Shown piece after piece: positions 26,764-36,619 of a DNA stretch of 64,000 nucleotides. The position numbers and the translations under genes were made by a program. The stretch lies in the IMG/VR virus record IMGVR_UViG_3300036773_000146, positions 64,001 through 128,000 of that record, one strand, 5' to 3'. The notes beneath the pieces are model-generated. The model worked only from the letters and a program-made list of their open reading frames with translations. It did no database searches and was not told the DNA's origin. Within the stretch, counting starts at the first letter, position 1. Each line of letters begins with the position of its first letter. Origin of the DNA: a virus.

Positions 26764-28072
26764 CGGTCGCCTCCGACAGGGCGCGGATGTCGCCGACCCC
26801 GAGGCGCCAGGCCATGTTCCAGGCGTTCGGCATGGGTTCCACACGACGGCCCTTGAGCTTCTGCCAGAGCACGCCGTCCTCGTTGTCCTCGGTCGGTTGC
26901 AGCATGGCGGTGTGCACGTGGTCGGCGCTGCGCTCGACCTCGGAGGACTCGGCGAAATCCTCCATGTGGTGCCGCCCGCCCTTGCGCGCGTTCTTGATGC
27001 CCTCACGGTTGATCTGGGCCATCACCATCAGCGAGAGCTTGTCCGCGCCCGAGGAGACCAGTCGCTTGAATCCGCGCATGATCTGCGCGACTTCCTCGTT
27101 GCGCTTGTAGGTGCGGGAGCCGGGCATCGGCTCGACGTGCGAGAGCTGGTCGACGATCAGCGACTCGGCCCCGACGGAGAGGGCCCGGCGGACGATGGCC
27201 ACGGGGTCGCGGTCGCCCTCGTCGGGCATGACCGCGATCGGGCCGTGCTCGGTGTCGGACACCTGGCGCCGTGCCACGTGGAAGCGCAACAGCGAGCCCT
27301 CGTCGAGCTTGCCTTGCTGGAACCGGGCGTAGGAGATGCCCGCCAGCACGCAGGCCATCCGGTCGTAGGTCATCTCCAGGTCGTTCTCCAGGGTGACCAG
27401 CATGCAGCGGCGCCCCCGGCGCCAGTCGGCCACGGCCGCCTTGATCGCGACCCAGCTCTTGCCGACGCCGGAGCCCGCGCCGAAGATGGCGATCTCGCCG
27501 GGCCAGATGCCCATCAGGTGCTCGTCGATCAGCGGCAGGCCGAAGGTCAGGCCTTTGACGTGGTTGCGCGCCGTGGCGCGCTCCTGGTAGCGGATCCAGG
27601 CGTCGTCCAGGCCGATGTCGGCGGCCATCTCCTGGTGATGGCTGGTGACCCGCTGAGAGAGGTCGTAGAGCTGCCCCGCATAAGTCCGGACCAATTCCGG
27701 CCGGTCGGGTGCCGGAGCGTCGGCCATCTCGACCGCCAGGGCCTTGACGAACACCTGCACCACGTGGTTGGCGTACTGGCTGCGCAGCTCCTCGACGGCC
27801 CACTGGATCGAGTCGTCGTCGTACTCGTCGTCCACGACCAGGCCGAGCCGCTCCATCTCGCGGCCCCAGGTGGTGGTGATGCCCTCTTTCGTGGGCGCGA
27901 GCTTGCGGCCGCTCTTGTGGTACTGGTCGAGTGTCCAGGCCACGAGATCGCGACCCAGCTCGGTGGGGATGCACTCGCGGTTGTGTTCGCTGGAGAAGCC
28001 CTCGCGGACGAGATAGTCCAGCGAATCGGTGGTGGTGAGGTTGTTGTAGAGGACTTCCTCGGCGTGGTTCAT
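26756..28072 (-). CDS. dnaB: DnaB-like replicative helicase
   Basis: GAGSGVGKS, TLEN, IVDQL, AQINR, ESSEVERSAD. Confidence 0.9.
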   Translation of the reverse strand: MNHAEEVLYNNLTTTDSLDYLVREGFSSEHNRECIPTELGRDLVAWTLDQYHKSGRKLAPTKEGITTTWGREMERLGLVVDDEYDDDSIQWAVEELRSQYANHVVQVFVKALAVEMADAPAPDRPELVRTYAGQLYDLSQRVTSHHQEMAADIGLDDAWIRYQERATARNHVKGLTFGLPLIDEHLMGIWPGEIAIFGAGSGVGKSWVAIKAAVADWRRGRRCMLVTLENDLEMTYDRMACVLAGISYARFQQGKLDEGSLLRFHVARRQVSDTEHGPIAVMPDEGDRDPVAIVRRALSVGAESLIVDQLSHVEPMPGSRTYKRNEEVAQIMRGFKRLVSSGADKLSLMVMAQINREGIKNARKGGRHHMEDFAESSEVERSADHVHTAMLQPTEDNEDGVLWQKLKGRRVEPMPNAWNMAWRLGVGDIRALSEATDG

Positions 28073-28165
28073 TGCGGCTCCGGTGCGCCTGTGCCTGTGG
28101 GCATGAACATGGTGCTGCTCCTGATCACTGCCCCCGCCCTGATGGAGCGGGGGCCCTCGGCGAGG

Positions 28166-28597
28166 TCAGAGCATGGACGAAATCCTGGCGGCGAACACGG
28201 GGTCACTGGTCTTGTGGAAGCGAGCCACCGAGACCGGCGCGCCGAGCCACTCGCCACCGGCCTGCTCGAAGGCGTACCGGGCGATGTCCATCCCCAGTCC
28301 CTCCCAGCGAGCGGCGAACCCCATGAAAACGGTGTTTTCCTTGCGGACGTCACGCGGGAACGGCCCGTGGACGGCCAGCAGCTGTTCGATCACGTAGTCG
28401 CGGACGTGTTCCCACTCGTAGGAGCCGGACGCGTCTACGTCATTCTTCGGGTCGTGGGCGGGCTCCTGGGGTGCAGGAGCGACGGCCGGGATGACCGTGA
28501 CCCGCTCCTGCACCATGGGAACCTCAGCCCGGACTGTCTGGACCTCTGCGGCTTGGGTCGTCCGCGCACGGTCCGTATCGGTCTGGAAGTTCAGCAC
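28166..28597 (-). CDS. hypothetical protein
   Basis: RBS GAGGAG, 143 aa. Confidence 0.65.
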   Translation of the reverse strand: MLNFQTDTDRARTTQAAEVQTVRAEVPMVQERVTVIPAVAPAPQEPAHDPKNDVDASGSYEWEHVRDYVIEQLLAVHGPFPRDVRKENTVFMGFAARWEGLGMDIARYAFEQAGGEWLGAPVSVARFHKTSDPVFAARISSML

Positions 28598-28647
28598 CGG
28601 TTCTCCTCATGGTCGAATGCTTATCTGCCCAGGTCAGAGCAGTCTTC

Positions 28648-29031
28648 CTAACGCCTGTCGAAGACGTTCTTGGTGATCCAGGTCCGGAACCGGATGATCA
28701 AGATATCCATCTCGCCCTTGAGGGGCTCCTGATCATAGGTGCGGTCCGTGTGGATCTCCAGGTGCGGGACACTGTCTCGAAGCAGGAGATGATGACGCAA
28801 GATCTGCTTCTCCTGTTGCGGGGTGTGCTCCGGCTGGAGGATGAACCAGCAATCGTCGTCGTATCCGGCGAAGTAGCCGGACACGCTGGCGGCCTCTGAA
28901 CCACGGATGTAAGCCGTGATCTTCTGGCCCCTGATCGTGGCCCGGCCGAGCTGACGGAGCATCGTCGTCGCGGTGTCCCGCAACGGTGTCAGCTCCTCGT
29001 CCGTGCCAGGATCGATCGGCGTGCTGGGCAC
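28648..29031 (-). CDS. hypothetical protein
   Basis: RBS AGGAGG before TTG. Confidence 0.6.
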   Translation of the reverse strand: MPSTPIDPGTDEELTPLRDTATTMLRQLGRATIRGQKITAYIRGSEAASVSGYFAGYDDDCWFILQPEHTPQQEKQILRHHLLLRDSVPHLEIHTDRTYDQEPLKGEMDILIIRFRTWITKNVFDRR

Positions 29032-29085
29032 AACGTCCTCCTGGTGTCATATCCCTGGGGCACCCATTGGGTGCTCCGGAAGTGG

Positions 29086-30036
29086 CTAGGGCTGGCTACC
29101 ACTCCTCTCCGCCCGGTCGCGGCGCAACGAATGCCCCGGCAGCCGGGTCTTGATCCAGAGCCGGTTCGCCTGGTGGCGGGCCAGCAGGGTGGTCAGTTCA
29201 TACCGGCGGAAAAAGATCTCCACCGGGTCACCCGGAGTGGCCTCGTCGTGCTGACGCAGCCGGGTGGGTTCGGGGGCGGGCAGGAGCGGCGTCGCCACGA
29301 GCAGGTCCACCAGTTCGACGTTCGTGAGGATCCGGTCCCGCTCGGAGGGGTATTCCTCCCGCAGGGCGCGGTCGAGATTCCAGTCGTACCGGGCCAGCAG
29401 GGCCAGGGCACGCTTGGGGCCGACCCCGGCGATACCGATGACATTGTCGGAGGAGTCGCCGCGCAGCGCGGTCACCAGCGGCCAGCGGCGGGGCGTGCAG
29501 CCCAGCTCGGCCTCGACCCGGTCGGCGTCCCAGTAGTCCGGGCCGGTACTCAGGTCGGGGAATCGCCGGACGATGGTGTGCCCGTCGAACGGATTCTGCC
29601 CGGCCAGCTGGAGCAGGTCCTTGTCCCCGGAGACGATGATGATCTCCTCTTCGCCGACGATGGAATTCCACCAGCCCGCGATGAGGTCATCCGCCTCCTC
29701 ATCCGGGCGCCAGGCGCTCTGGATACCCGCGCGGGTGAGGAAGTCCCGCATGGCCGCGAAGGTGGCGTCCTTGGCGAACTCAGGGGCCTCTTTCCGGTTG
29801 CCCTTGTAGCTCGCCGACAACGCGAGCCGCCGAACACTGCGGCCGTCCCAGGCCACGGCCACGTGGCTGGCGTCCTCTCCGCCGACGATCTTCGTGAGCA
29901 TGTTGACGAAGATCATCAAGGCACCGGTCGGCACACCGTCATCCGTGGACAGCGCCGTACCCGAGGCCGAGGCCGCATGCACGGCCCGCATGGCCAGATT
30001 GTTGCCGTCGATAAGCAGATACTTGCTCACGGTCAC
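29086..30036 (-). CDS. 5'-3' exonuclease / flap endonuclease (Pol I N-terminal type)
   Basis: LLIDGNNL, YKGNR, EADDLI, SGDKDLLQL, GDSSDNVIGIAGVGPKRA. Confidence 0.93.
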   Translation of the reverse strand: MTVSKYLLIDGNNLAMRAVHAASASGTALSTDDGVPTGALMIFVNMLTKIVGGEDASHVAVAWDGRSVRRLALSASYKGNRKEAPEFAKDATFAAMRDFLTRAGIQSAWRPDEEADDLIAGWWNSIVGEEEIIIVSGDKDLLQLAGQNPFDGHTIVRRFPDLSTGPDYWDADRVEAELGCTPRRWPLVTALRGDSSDNVIGIAGVGPKRALALLARYDWNLDRALREEYPSERDRILTNVELVDLLVATPLLPAPEPTRLRQHDEATPGDPVEIFFRRYELTTLLARHQANRLWIKTRLPGHSLRRDRAERSGSQP

Positions 30037-30443
30037 TCGCCTCTTTCCGGCTGGGCCAGCCCCGAAAGGACTTTCAGTGCGATGTGATTGAGCAGGTCCT
30101 GCAAGAGAACGGGCGCGGAATCACGCCGTTGCGGGCCGGTGCTGGGCAGCCGCTCGGACTCGTTGAGCCGCTCCAGGCACATCTCCAGGGCGCGGGACAG
30201 TTCCTCGCGGACGACGTCCTGCGGGTCCGGGCGCGGCCCGTGCACCGTCGGCGCGATGTGCTGGCACTGTGCGCACAGCGGGGTGCCGTCATGCGGGCAC
30301 TCGTAGAGCGCCTCGTACTTTTCACAGCTGGCGCAGATCAAACCCAGGTGCGCAGGGCACCGGTGCTCGTCGCCCTCGGGCATGCTCTTGCAGTACGAGC
30401 TGTCCCGCAGGCCGTAGCCGCAGATCCCTCGGTCGCCGGTCAC
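30033..30443 (-). CDS. Cys-rich Zn-binding hypothetical protein
   Basis: multiple Cys/His clusters, GTGA overlaps. Confidence 0.6.
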   Translation of the reverse strand: MTGDRGICGYGLRDSSYCKSMPEGDEHRCPAHLGLICASCEKYEALYECPHDGTPLCAQCQHIAPTVHGPRPDPQDVVREELSRALEMCLERLNESERLPSTGPQRRDSAPVLLQDLLNHIALKVLSGLAQPERGE

Positions 30444-31003
30444 TCGGACTCCTTGTCGTTCAGGAAGGTGATGTCGCGCTCGGCGCGCAGCAGGGCCGTG
30501 GAGGCCTTCTTGATGTCGGCGCCGTAGCTCGGCATCGGCCGGTCGTCGTCGGCGTGCTCCATCTGGTCCAGGACCAGGGTGATCACCTGGCGGCGCACCT
30601 GGGACGCGCCGTTCCAGTGCTTGACCAGGAATCCGCCGTCACCGATCTCGTACAAGTTCAGGATGGCCACGGCCTTGACCACACGGATGGTCATGGCGAA
30701 CTGCAAGGCGCTGATCGCCCGGTCGGCGAGCAGGATGTGCGCGAGGTTCTCGACGTCGTGCAGGCCGAAGCGGCGATGGCCGGAATCGGTGCGGGGCGGG
30801 TCGTAGGTACCCCGGCGCTCGACCAGCCGCTGACGCAACCACACGGTGCTCTTGCCGAAGAAGACGTGTGCGACTTCCATCGCGGTGAACGTCGGCTTCT
30901 GACCGGCGGCCAGGAACATCTCCTCGGTCACCCAGCGCGGTCTGTCCGGCGGAGTGAGGACGCCTTCGCCGGAGACGACGAACGGCTCGATCGGGTATTG
31001 CAT
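30440..31003 (-). CDS. MerR-like HTH DNA-binding protein
   Basis: FTAMEVAHVFFGKSTVWLR...PRTDSGHRRFGLHDV. Confidence 0.72.
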   Translation of the reverse strand: MQYPIEPFVVSGEGVLTPPDRPRWVTEEMFLAAGQKPTFTAMEVAHVFFGKSTVWLRQRLVERRGTYDPPRTDSGHRRFGLHDVENLAHILLADRAISALQFAMTIRVVKAVAILNLYEIGDGGFLVKHWNGASQVRRQVITLVLDQMEHADDDRPMPSYGADIKKASTALLRAERDITFLNDKESE

Positions 31004-31065
31004 GGGCCCTCCAGGCGAGGCGAAGGGCCGCCCGGCATCCCCCTGCGGAGCCGGGCGGCCCGAGA

Positions 31066-31740
31066 TCACTTCTTGTCGCGCAGTTGCAGCGCGGCGGTGG
31101 CGCGGTCGCGCTTGGCGGCCTTGGCCAGCGCCTCGGCGCGGCCCGGGTTCTTCCGGATCCAGGCCAGCGTCGCGGCCTCGTCCAGGACGCGTCGCGGCGA
31201 GGTCATCTCCAGGTATTCCTGGTGGGTGATCTCGCCGTCCGCCTCCAGCTGGCGCAGGCCGTCCTCGCCGAGGTTCAGCGAGCCCAGGCGCGGCTCGCGC
31301 ACGGCGTTGTGGTGGTCGCCCTCGATCACGCCCTCGGTGATCGCCCAGCCCTCCTTGGTGAAGAGGGTCTCCTCGGTGATCCGGCCGTTCGCGCGCTCGA
31401 CCTCATCGAGGTGGTTGAACAGGGTGGCCTTGAGCTGTGCCTCGCTGACCTTCAGGGCCTTGGCGACCGGCTTGAGCGAGGCCAGCGCGCCGACCACAGC
31501 CTTCTGCTCGGCCGGAGAGAGCTGACGGTGGCCGTCGGGCAGGGCCAGATTCGCCAGCTGGCTGGCCAGGTCGAGCAGTGCAGCCGAGGACGCGTTCAGC
31601 TCCGGGCTCTGCGGCAGCGGCGTGGTGGGCGCCTTTTCCGCGACCGGCTCGGGCAGCGCGGCCTTGAGCACGTCGGAGACGGTGGCCTTTGGCTTGGCGA
31701 GGGCCAGGCTCACGGACGGGGTCGGGACGAGTTCGGACAT
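31066..31740 (-). CDS. hypothetical protein
   Basis: RBS AGGAGG, GC3-rich codons. Confidence 0.7.
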   Translation of the reverse strand: MSELVPTPSVSLALAKPKATVSDVLKAALPEPVAEKAPTTPLPQSPELNASSAALLDLASQLANLALPDGHRQLSPAEQKAVVGALASLKPVAKALKVSEAQLKATLFNHLDEVERANGRITEETLFTKEGWAITEGVIEGDHHNAVREPRLGSLNLGEDGLRQLEADGEITHQEYLEMTSPRRVLDEAATLAWIRKNPGRAEALAKAAKRDRATAALQLRDKK

Positions 31741-31776
31741 CTGCGCCTCCTGTGCGGCTGTGGTGTCTGCCGAGTC

Positions 31777-31804
31777 AGCATAGCGCACTCACTCAGAATT
31801 TCAA
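31777..31804 (-). promoter_or_regulatory. sigma70-type promoter
   Basis: TTGAAA-16-TATGCT. Confidence 0.55.
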
Positions 31805-31811
31805 GTGAGGG

Positions 31812-33398
31812 TCAGTAGCCCAGGATCTCGCGGCGGTCGGCGGCGGAGACGTAGTTCTCCTCGCCGCCCTCGGTAGTGAGTGCGTCGTGGTCGCGGTTGC
31901 GGGTCAGCACCTTGCGCACGATGCCCTCCTCCACGGTGTTCTCGGCGATCAGGGTGTAGCAGGTCACCGACGGGTGACCGGAGCCGATGCGGTGCACCCG
32001 GTTGATCCGCTGCTCGCGCAGGGCGAAGGTCAGGGCGCTCTCGTACTCGAACACGTAGGAGGCGTTCTGGAGGTTGAGCCCGCGCGCGGCCGCGTCGGAG
32101 GCCAGCAGGATCTCGGCGCCGCCGCTGATGAAGGTGTTCTTCGCCTGCTCGTTGACCGCGACCGAGTTGCCGCCGTGGTACTCGACCACGCCGAACCCGG
32201 CCGCACGCAGGTCGTCGCCGAGGGCCCGGAGCACGGACTGGCCGTAGAAGGTGAAGACGATCGTCTGCGCGCCCTGCCCCTTGATCAGCGGCTTGAGCCG
32301 GTTGATCAGCTCCACGGACTTGGACGAGGGGATCGCGCGCAGGGCCTGCTCGCCAAGCGTCTCCACGATCAGTTTCGAGACGTCGTTCCCGGCGTGCAGG
32401 TGGCTGGCCGGGTGACCGGCGGTCATCCGCAGGACGGTGAAGGCGAGCTGCTCGGCCTGCTGCGCGGTCGGGCTGGAATAGTCGGGCGCGACCATCTCGG
32501 CGATGGCGTCGTAGAACTTCCGGTGCGCCTGGTCCAGCTCCACGTGGACGGCCTTCTCGACCTTCTGCGGGAACTGCGCGATGACGTCGGGGTCGGTCTT
32601 GTGCTTGATCAGCGCGTGCTGCTGGAAGACCTTGCCGAACCGGTCGCGGGCGTGCGGCTTGTAGCTGTACCGGCCGTACGGGTCACGGCCCCGGGTGTAG
32701 TCCTCCTCGAACGAGGCCACCGTGGGCATGGCGTCCGGGGTGAGGATCCGGGCGATGTTGTAGGCGTCCTCGATATCGGCCTCGGCCGGGGTTGCCGTCA
32801 GGCCGAAGGCCCGGACGTGGCCGGTCTTGCGCAGCTCGCCGAGGATGTAGGCGAACGCCTTGTGCCGCTGGGATCCCCGGCTCTTGAGCGCGGTCACCTC
32901 GTCGAAGATCACCATCACCCGCTGGCCGCGCAGGCTCAGGGTGTCCATCAGCGGGCCGTCGGCGAGCTTCTTGGACTTGCGGCCCGGCACCTCGACCAAG
33001 GCCGTCAGATCACGGCTCAGCGTCTCGTAGGTGGACACCAGCACCCGGGGACTTCCGGCCTTGGCCAGTCGCTTCTGGCGGCCCTGGCCGTGATAGAGAT
33101 GCGTGTCCAGCTTGGTGAACCGGGCGAAGTCGTCCCGCCAGTCGACGATCTTGTTCCGCTCGGCGGCGATGAGCACCAGGTCCACCGCGTCGTCCTCGAA
33201 CAGCAGCGAGGCCAGGGCCATGCCGAAGATGGTCTTGCCGATGCCGGTGGACCACAGCACGGCCAGGCCCTGCTCGGCGCCCGGTTCGGTGCGCAGGTAG
33301 GCCTCGGCGATGTCGTCGATCTGGAACGGGAACAGGCCCAAGGGGCTGTGGAACAACGGACCCTCGGGCAGTGCCGACTCCACGGTGGACGCGGTCAC
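31812..33398 (-). CDS. SNF2-family helicase
   Basis: LFPFQ, STGIGKT, FDEV, LTATP, SDAAARGLNLQ, QRINRVHRIG. Confidence 0.9.
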   Translation of the reverse strand: MTASTVESALPEGPLFHSPLGLFPFQIDDIAEAYLRTEPGAEQGLAVLWSTGIGKTIFGMALASLLFEDDAVDLVLIAAERNKIVDWRDDFARFTKLDTHLYHGQGRQKRLAKAGSPRVLVSTYETLSRDLTALVEVPGRKSKKLADGPLMDTLSLRGQRVMVIFDEVTALKSRGSQRHKAFAYILGELRKTGHVRAFGLTATPAEADIEDAYNIARILTPDAMPTVASFEEDYTRGRDPYGRYSYKPHARDRFGKVFQQHALIKHKTDPDVIAQFPQKVEKAVHVELDQAHRKFYDAIAEMVAPDYSSPTAQQAEQLAFTVLRMTAGHPASHLHAGNDVSKLIVETLGEQALRAIPSSKSVELINRLKPLIKGQGAQTIVFTFYGQSVLRALGDDLRAAGFGVVEYHGGNSVAVNEQAKNTFISGGAEILLASDAAARGLNLQNASYVFEYESALTFALREQRINRVHRIGSGHPSVTCYTLIAENTVEEGIVRKVLTRNRDHDALTTEGGEENYVSAADRREILGY

Positions 33399-33688
33399 GC
33401 GGCCATTTCTCCGGACAGCGACAGCTCGTAGGTGAGGTTGCTGCCGTGCGCGCCGCCGGACACGTCGCGGATCACGATGACGAACTCGTCACGCAGCCAC
33501 AGCTCGGCGAGGCCGCCACAGCGGGCCGGGACGTGGAAGCGGAAGGAGACGGCCTGGTCGGTGACCTCACGGTCGGCGGGGACCATGAGGGAGCCGGTGC
33601 GGACATACCACGGGCCCGGCTCGTACAGAGCGCGCTCCAGAGCGTGGATCTTGGTGATCGCTCGGGAGACCGCGAGTTCGATCGCCAT
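33395..33688 (-). CDS. hypothetical protein
   Basis: RBS GGAAGG before ATG at 33688. Confidence 0.6.
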   Translation of the reverse strand: MAIELAVSRAITKIHALERALYEPGPWYVRTGSLMVPADREVTDQAVSFRFHVPARCGGLAELWLRDEFVIVIRDVSGGAHGSNLTYELSLSGEMAA

Positions 33689-33826
33689 GCCGACCTTCCT
33701 GAGGTAGGAGTTCCCACCGCTATTCTCGCAGATGGCGGCCCTATTCTCAAGATATGAAGGCTCTATTCCCACGTTAATGACTGACGCAGTCGGGCCAAGT
33801 ATTGGGATTCTGGATAGTCGATCACA

Positions 33827-33866
33827 CACGAAGGGCCGCCCCTCCTCAGAGAGACGGCCCTTCGTG
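33827..33866 (-). terminator. stem-loop downstream of the lysis cassette
   Basis: CACGAAGGGCCG...CGGCCCTTCGTG. Confidence 0.65.
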
Positions 33867-33962
33867 ATCACACTCCCCCGCTGGCAGATCGTGATGATCT
33901 TACCTGCCGCAGCGGTGCACCGAACCTCGGGGGTCTGCGGACTTCGGGTGTTGCCAAGGATC

Positions 33963-34331
33963 TTACTGGGCGTTGCCGTTCGCATCGACCGGGGCGGTCA
34001 CCTGTGTGCGCAGGTAGAAGGCGACCCCGGCTTCCACGAGCACCATGATCCCGGACTGCACGTCGATCGAGAAGTGGAAATGCAGGGCCAGCGCCAGCGC
34101 GAGCAGCGCCTTGATGATGCCCGCGACCAGCGGCGCCGCCTTGTCCTTGGACACGGCCAGTGCGGTGAGGAAGGCGAACGCGGCGGTGAGGACCGCCAGG
34201 ATCGCGCCGGTGAGGTCCACCGACAGGTGCAGCAGCGGAGTCAGGAAGATCAGCAGGCCGGAGGCGAGGGCCAGCCACTGGACGGGCTCGCGACCGAACA
34301 GCTTGATCGTGGGCAGGGTGGGGGCGGTCAT
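33963..34331 (-). CDS. holin
   Basis: KLFGREPV..., four TM segments, RTQVTAP C-terminus, directly after the endolysin. Confidence 0.85.
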   Translation of the reverse strand: MTAPTLPTIKLFGREPVQWLALASGLLIFLTPLLHLSVDLTGAILAVLTAAFAFLTALAVSKDKAAPLVAGIIKALLALALALHFHFSIDVQSGIMVLVEAGVAFYLRTQVTAPVDANGNAQ

Positions 34332-34345
34332 CGTGGGGGGTCCCT

Positions 34346-35371
34346 TCAGGCGTTCTTGCGGTGGAGCGCGGCCTTGCCGCGCACGTCGTGGGTGACGTTG
34401 CCCTGGGCGTCGACCGGGTTGGCCAGCGACCAGTTGACCTCGGCGCCGATGACCTCGCCCTGGGCGCGAGCCAGGGTCAGGCCGTTGTTGCCCTTGCCGT
34501 CGTCGCCGACGCTCCACGGCCGGTCGGCGTCGACCCGCTGCGAGCCGGACGTGGTCCAGCGCCAGGAGACGCCGGTGGCCGGGCTGCGGCCGAAGAAGGC
34601 CACCTTGGTGATGGTGACGCTGGACCAGGGAACCTGGATGATCAGCTCGTCGGCGGCCGGATCGACGTCCAGGATCACCGACCCTGCGGGAGTCGGGTAC
34701 AGCTCCGCACTGTCCATGTCGGGAACGCCTTTCTTGGTGGGGGTTACCGGAGTGGAGCCGCCACCGCCGGAGAAGGGGTTGATGATCAGGATGCGGTCGG
34801 TCTGGATGCCGCCGACGAGGGGCTGGATGTTGTTGTCCTGCCACCCGTTGACCCAGCTGCGCACGGCCGAGCGGCCCCCGCACTGCACGAAGAAGTTCAC
34901 GTGCCCGCGCGCGGCGTCGGCCGCGTCGGAGAAGCCGTAGCCGCCCGCGCGGTCGCCGAGCACGGAGACCGCGCCGTCGAGGTAGGCCTGCCAGGAGGCC
35001 ACCGGGATCGTGACGTTCGGCGGGTTGTAGAGCCACCGATCGGCGCACATCAGGATCTTGCCGGTGAAGCCGAGGTAGTTCGCCCCGGCCAGGGCCCGGC
35101 GTGCGTACGCCTGGCCCTGCGCATAGCCGCCGAGCGGGTCGTTGGTGGAGACCTCCATGAACATCGCGGGCATCGCCACTCCGGCCGCTTGCAGCGACTG
35201 GTACTCGGCCCGGGTGACGTGCTTGGTGCGCACCAGGGACGGGTTGGTGATGTCGTCGATGTAGCGCAGGGCGCCGGTGGCGCGCTCGCCGTTGGGGCCG
35301 ACCGCCGCGTTGACGACGGTCGGACCGCTCAGGTGACCGGCGCTGTAGTCGATGTACCAGGTATCGGCCAT
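34346..35371 (-). CDS. endolysin, DUF1906/GH25-like glycoside hydrolase with C-terminal domain
   Basis: IDYS, ALRYI, GGYAQG..AR.A, YLDGA.SVLG.R.GGYG, WQ, D.I; Gly/Pro linker. Confidence 0.78.
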   Translation of the reverse strand: MADTWYIDYSAGHLSGPTVVNAAVGPNGERATGALRYIDDITNPSLVRTKHVTRAEYQSLQAAGVAMPAMFMEVSTNDPLGGYAQGQAYARRALAGANYLGFTGKILMCADRWLYNPPNVTIPVASWQAYLDGAVSVLGDRAGGYGFSDAADAARGHVNFFVQCGGRSAVRSWVNGWQDNNIQPLVGGIQTDRILIINPFSGGGGSTPVTPTKKGVPDMDSAELYPTPAGSVILDVDPAADELIIQVPWSSVTITKVAFFGRSPATGVSWRWTTSGSQRVDADRPWSVGDDGKGNNGLTLARAQGEVIGAEVNWSLANPVDAQGNVTHDVRGKAALHRKNA

Positions 35372-35372
35372 G

Positions 35373-36305
35373 TCAGAGCCCCTTGGTGTGGAGCCACTTC
35401 CTGGCTTCGTCGGCCACCAGGTGTGCCTGACCGAAGTGGTGCTCGGCCACCCACGGCTTCAGTGCGGCCGCCAGCCGCCGGTCGGCCTCGTCGCCGGGCT
35501 TGGGTGCCGGGACGGGCGCGGGACCCGGAGCAGGTGCCGGGCTCGGCAGCGGCAGCGCCTTGCCGGTCAGTTCCTGGTAGGCCTGCCCCAGGGCGGTGAG
35601 GTCGATGCCCTGCTCGAAGGCCGTGGTGCCCAGGTGCTCGGGCCAGATGACCACCCAGGCCTCCTGGACCTGGTTGCTCCAGAACGCGTTGGTGGCCTCG
35701 AACTTCTCCGCCCAGCTGATCAGGGCGACGTCGTCGGCGTCGTAGCCGAAGACGGGGACCGCGTGGCCGCCCCAGTCGCCCGAGCCCGAGACGTAGTCCC
35801 AGGTGCCGGTCTGGTTCTGCTGGGCCGTGGAAAGGTCCACGCCGAGCAGCAGCGAGCCGAAGATGGCCACGGCCGCGCGGATCTCGTCGGTCTTGGTCAC
35901 GTCGACCTTGGCGAAGGCCAGGGCCTTGGTGCCCGCGATGCCGCCGGAGTGGACGGCTTCGAGCATGGTCTGCATGTCGACGCCCTGGTCACCGGGACCC
36001 TCGGGGTCGGCCGGGTCGAAGTCCGGGTTGCCCGACCGCTTGTACAGGTCGAACACGTCGGTCTGGGTGGGCGAGACCTGCGTACCGGTCAGGTACTTGG
36101 TGACCTGGCGGCGGTCGTTGGCCACCGAGGTGGGTCCACAGTCGCCGTAGGTGTCGTTGTCGTAGAGGCCGTAGGTCGCTTTCGAGAGGTAGTCGACCGA
36201 GGCCGGATGCGCCGGGACCGCGCCGGTGAGGAACGCGCTCAGCTTCAGGGCCGGGGCGTTCTTCGGTGCGCGGCGGCCCAGCTTGCGGGCGGCGGTGTTC
36301 GTCAT
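35373..36305 (-). CDS. papain-like cysteine peptidase, first gene of the lysis cassette
   Basis: ND.YGDC, GGHAV..GYD, ISW motifs; Pro-Ala linker and short C-terminal domain. Confidence 0.72.
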   Translation of the reverse strand: MTNTAARKLGRRAPKNAPALKLSAFLTGAVPAHPASVDYLSKATYGLYDNDTYGDCGPTSVANDRRQVTKYLTGTQVSPTQTDVFDLYKRSGNPDFDPADPEGPGDQGVDMQTMLEAVHSGGIAGTKALAFAKVDVTKTDEIRAAVAIFGSLLLGVDLSTAQQNQTGTWDYVSGSGDWGGHAVPVFGYDADDVALISWAEKFEATNAFWSNQVQEAWVVIWPEHLGTTAFEQGIDLTALGQAYQELTGKALPLPSPAPAPGPAPVPAPKPGDEADRRLAAALKPWVAEHHFGQAHLVADEARKWLHTKGL

Positions 36306-36328
36306 GGTGGCAGTGCTCCCTTCCGTGG

Positions 36329-36359
36329 ATTGGGGAGCGCAGACATGCCCGGCGACCGG
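36329..36359 (-). promoter_or_regulatory. putative phage late promoter
   Basis: CCGGTC-N18-CCCCAAT. Confidence 0.55.
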
Positions 36360-36424
36360 GAACCGGGATGATCTACCGCGACCTTGACTTGCCCACAATG
36401 AGCCACCGTGTACAGTCATGAACC

Positions 36425-36616
36425 ATGACGGTAGAAATTGACGAATGGATGACGCGGCCGGAGGTGGCTCGATACTTCCGCGTGAGCATCGCGACCATCA
36501 AGCGCTGGGAGAAGACCCAGCTCCCGGTCTATCACGTCGCCGAGCACACGGTTCGCTACAAAAGGGACGATGTGCTCGCGCTGGCCAAGCGCACCGCACC
36601 GGCCTCGACGGAGTAG
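36425..36616 (+). CDS. excisionase/HTH_17-like DNA-binding protein
   Basis: WMTRPEVARYFRVSIATIKRW...VRYKRDDV. Confidence 0.85.
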   Translation: MTVEIDEWMTRPEVARYFRVSIATIKRWEKTQLPVYHVAEHTVRYKRDDVLALAKRTAPASTE

Positions 36617-36619
36617 CTG

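Noticed and set aside
33690-33960. tRNA or structured ncRNA in the largest intergenic gap
   Set aside because: No cloverleaf or T-loop signature; the region is explained by a terminator and promoter repeats
36425-36616. Excisionase implying integration/att site
   Set aside because: No integrase or att-like repeat in the window; the fold is common among regulators
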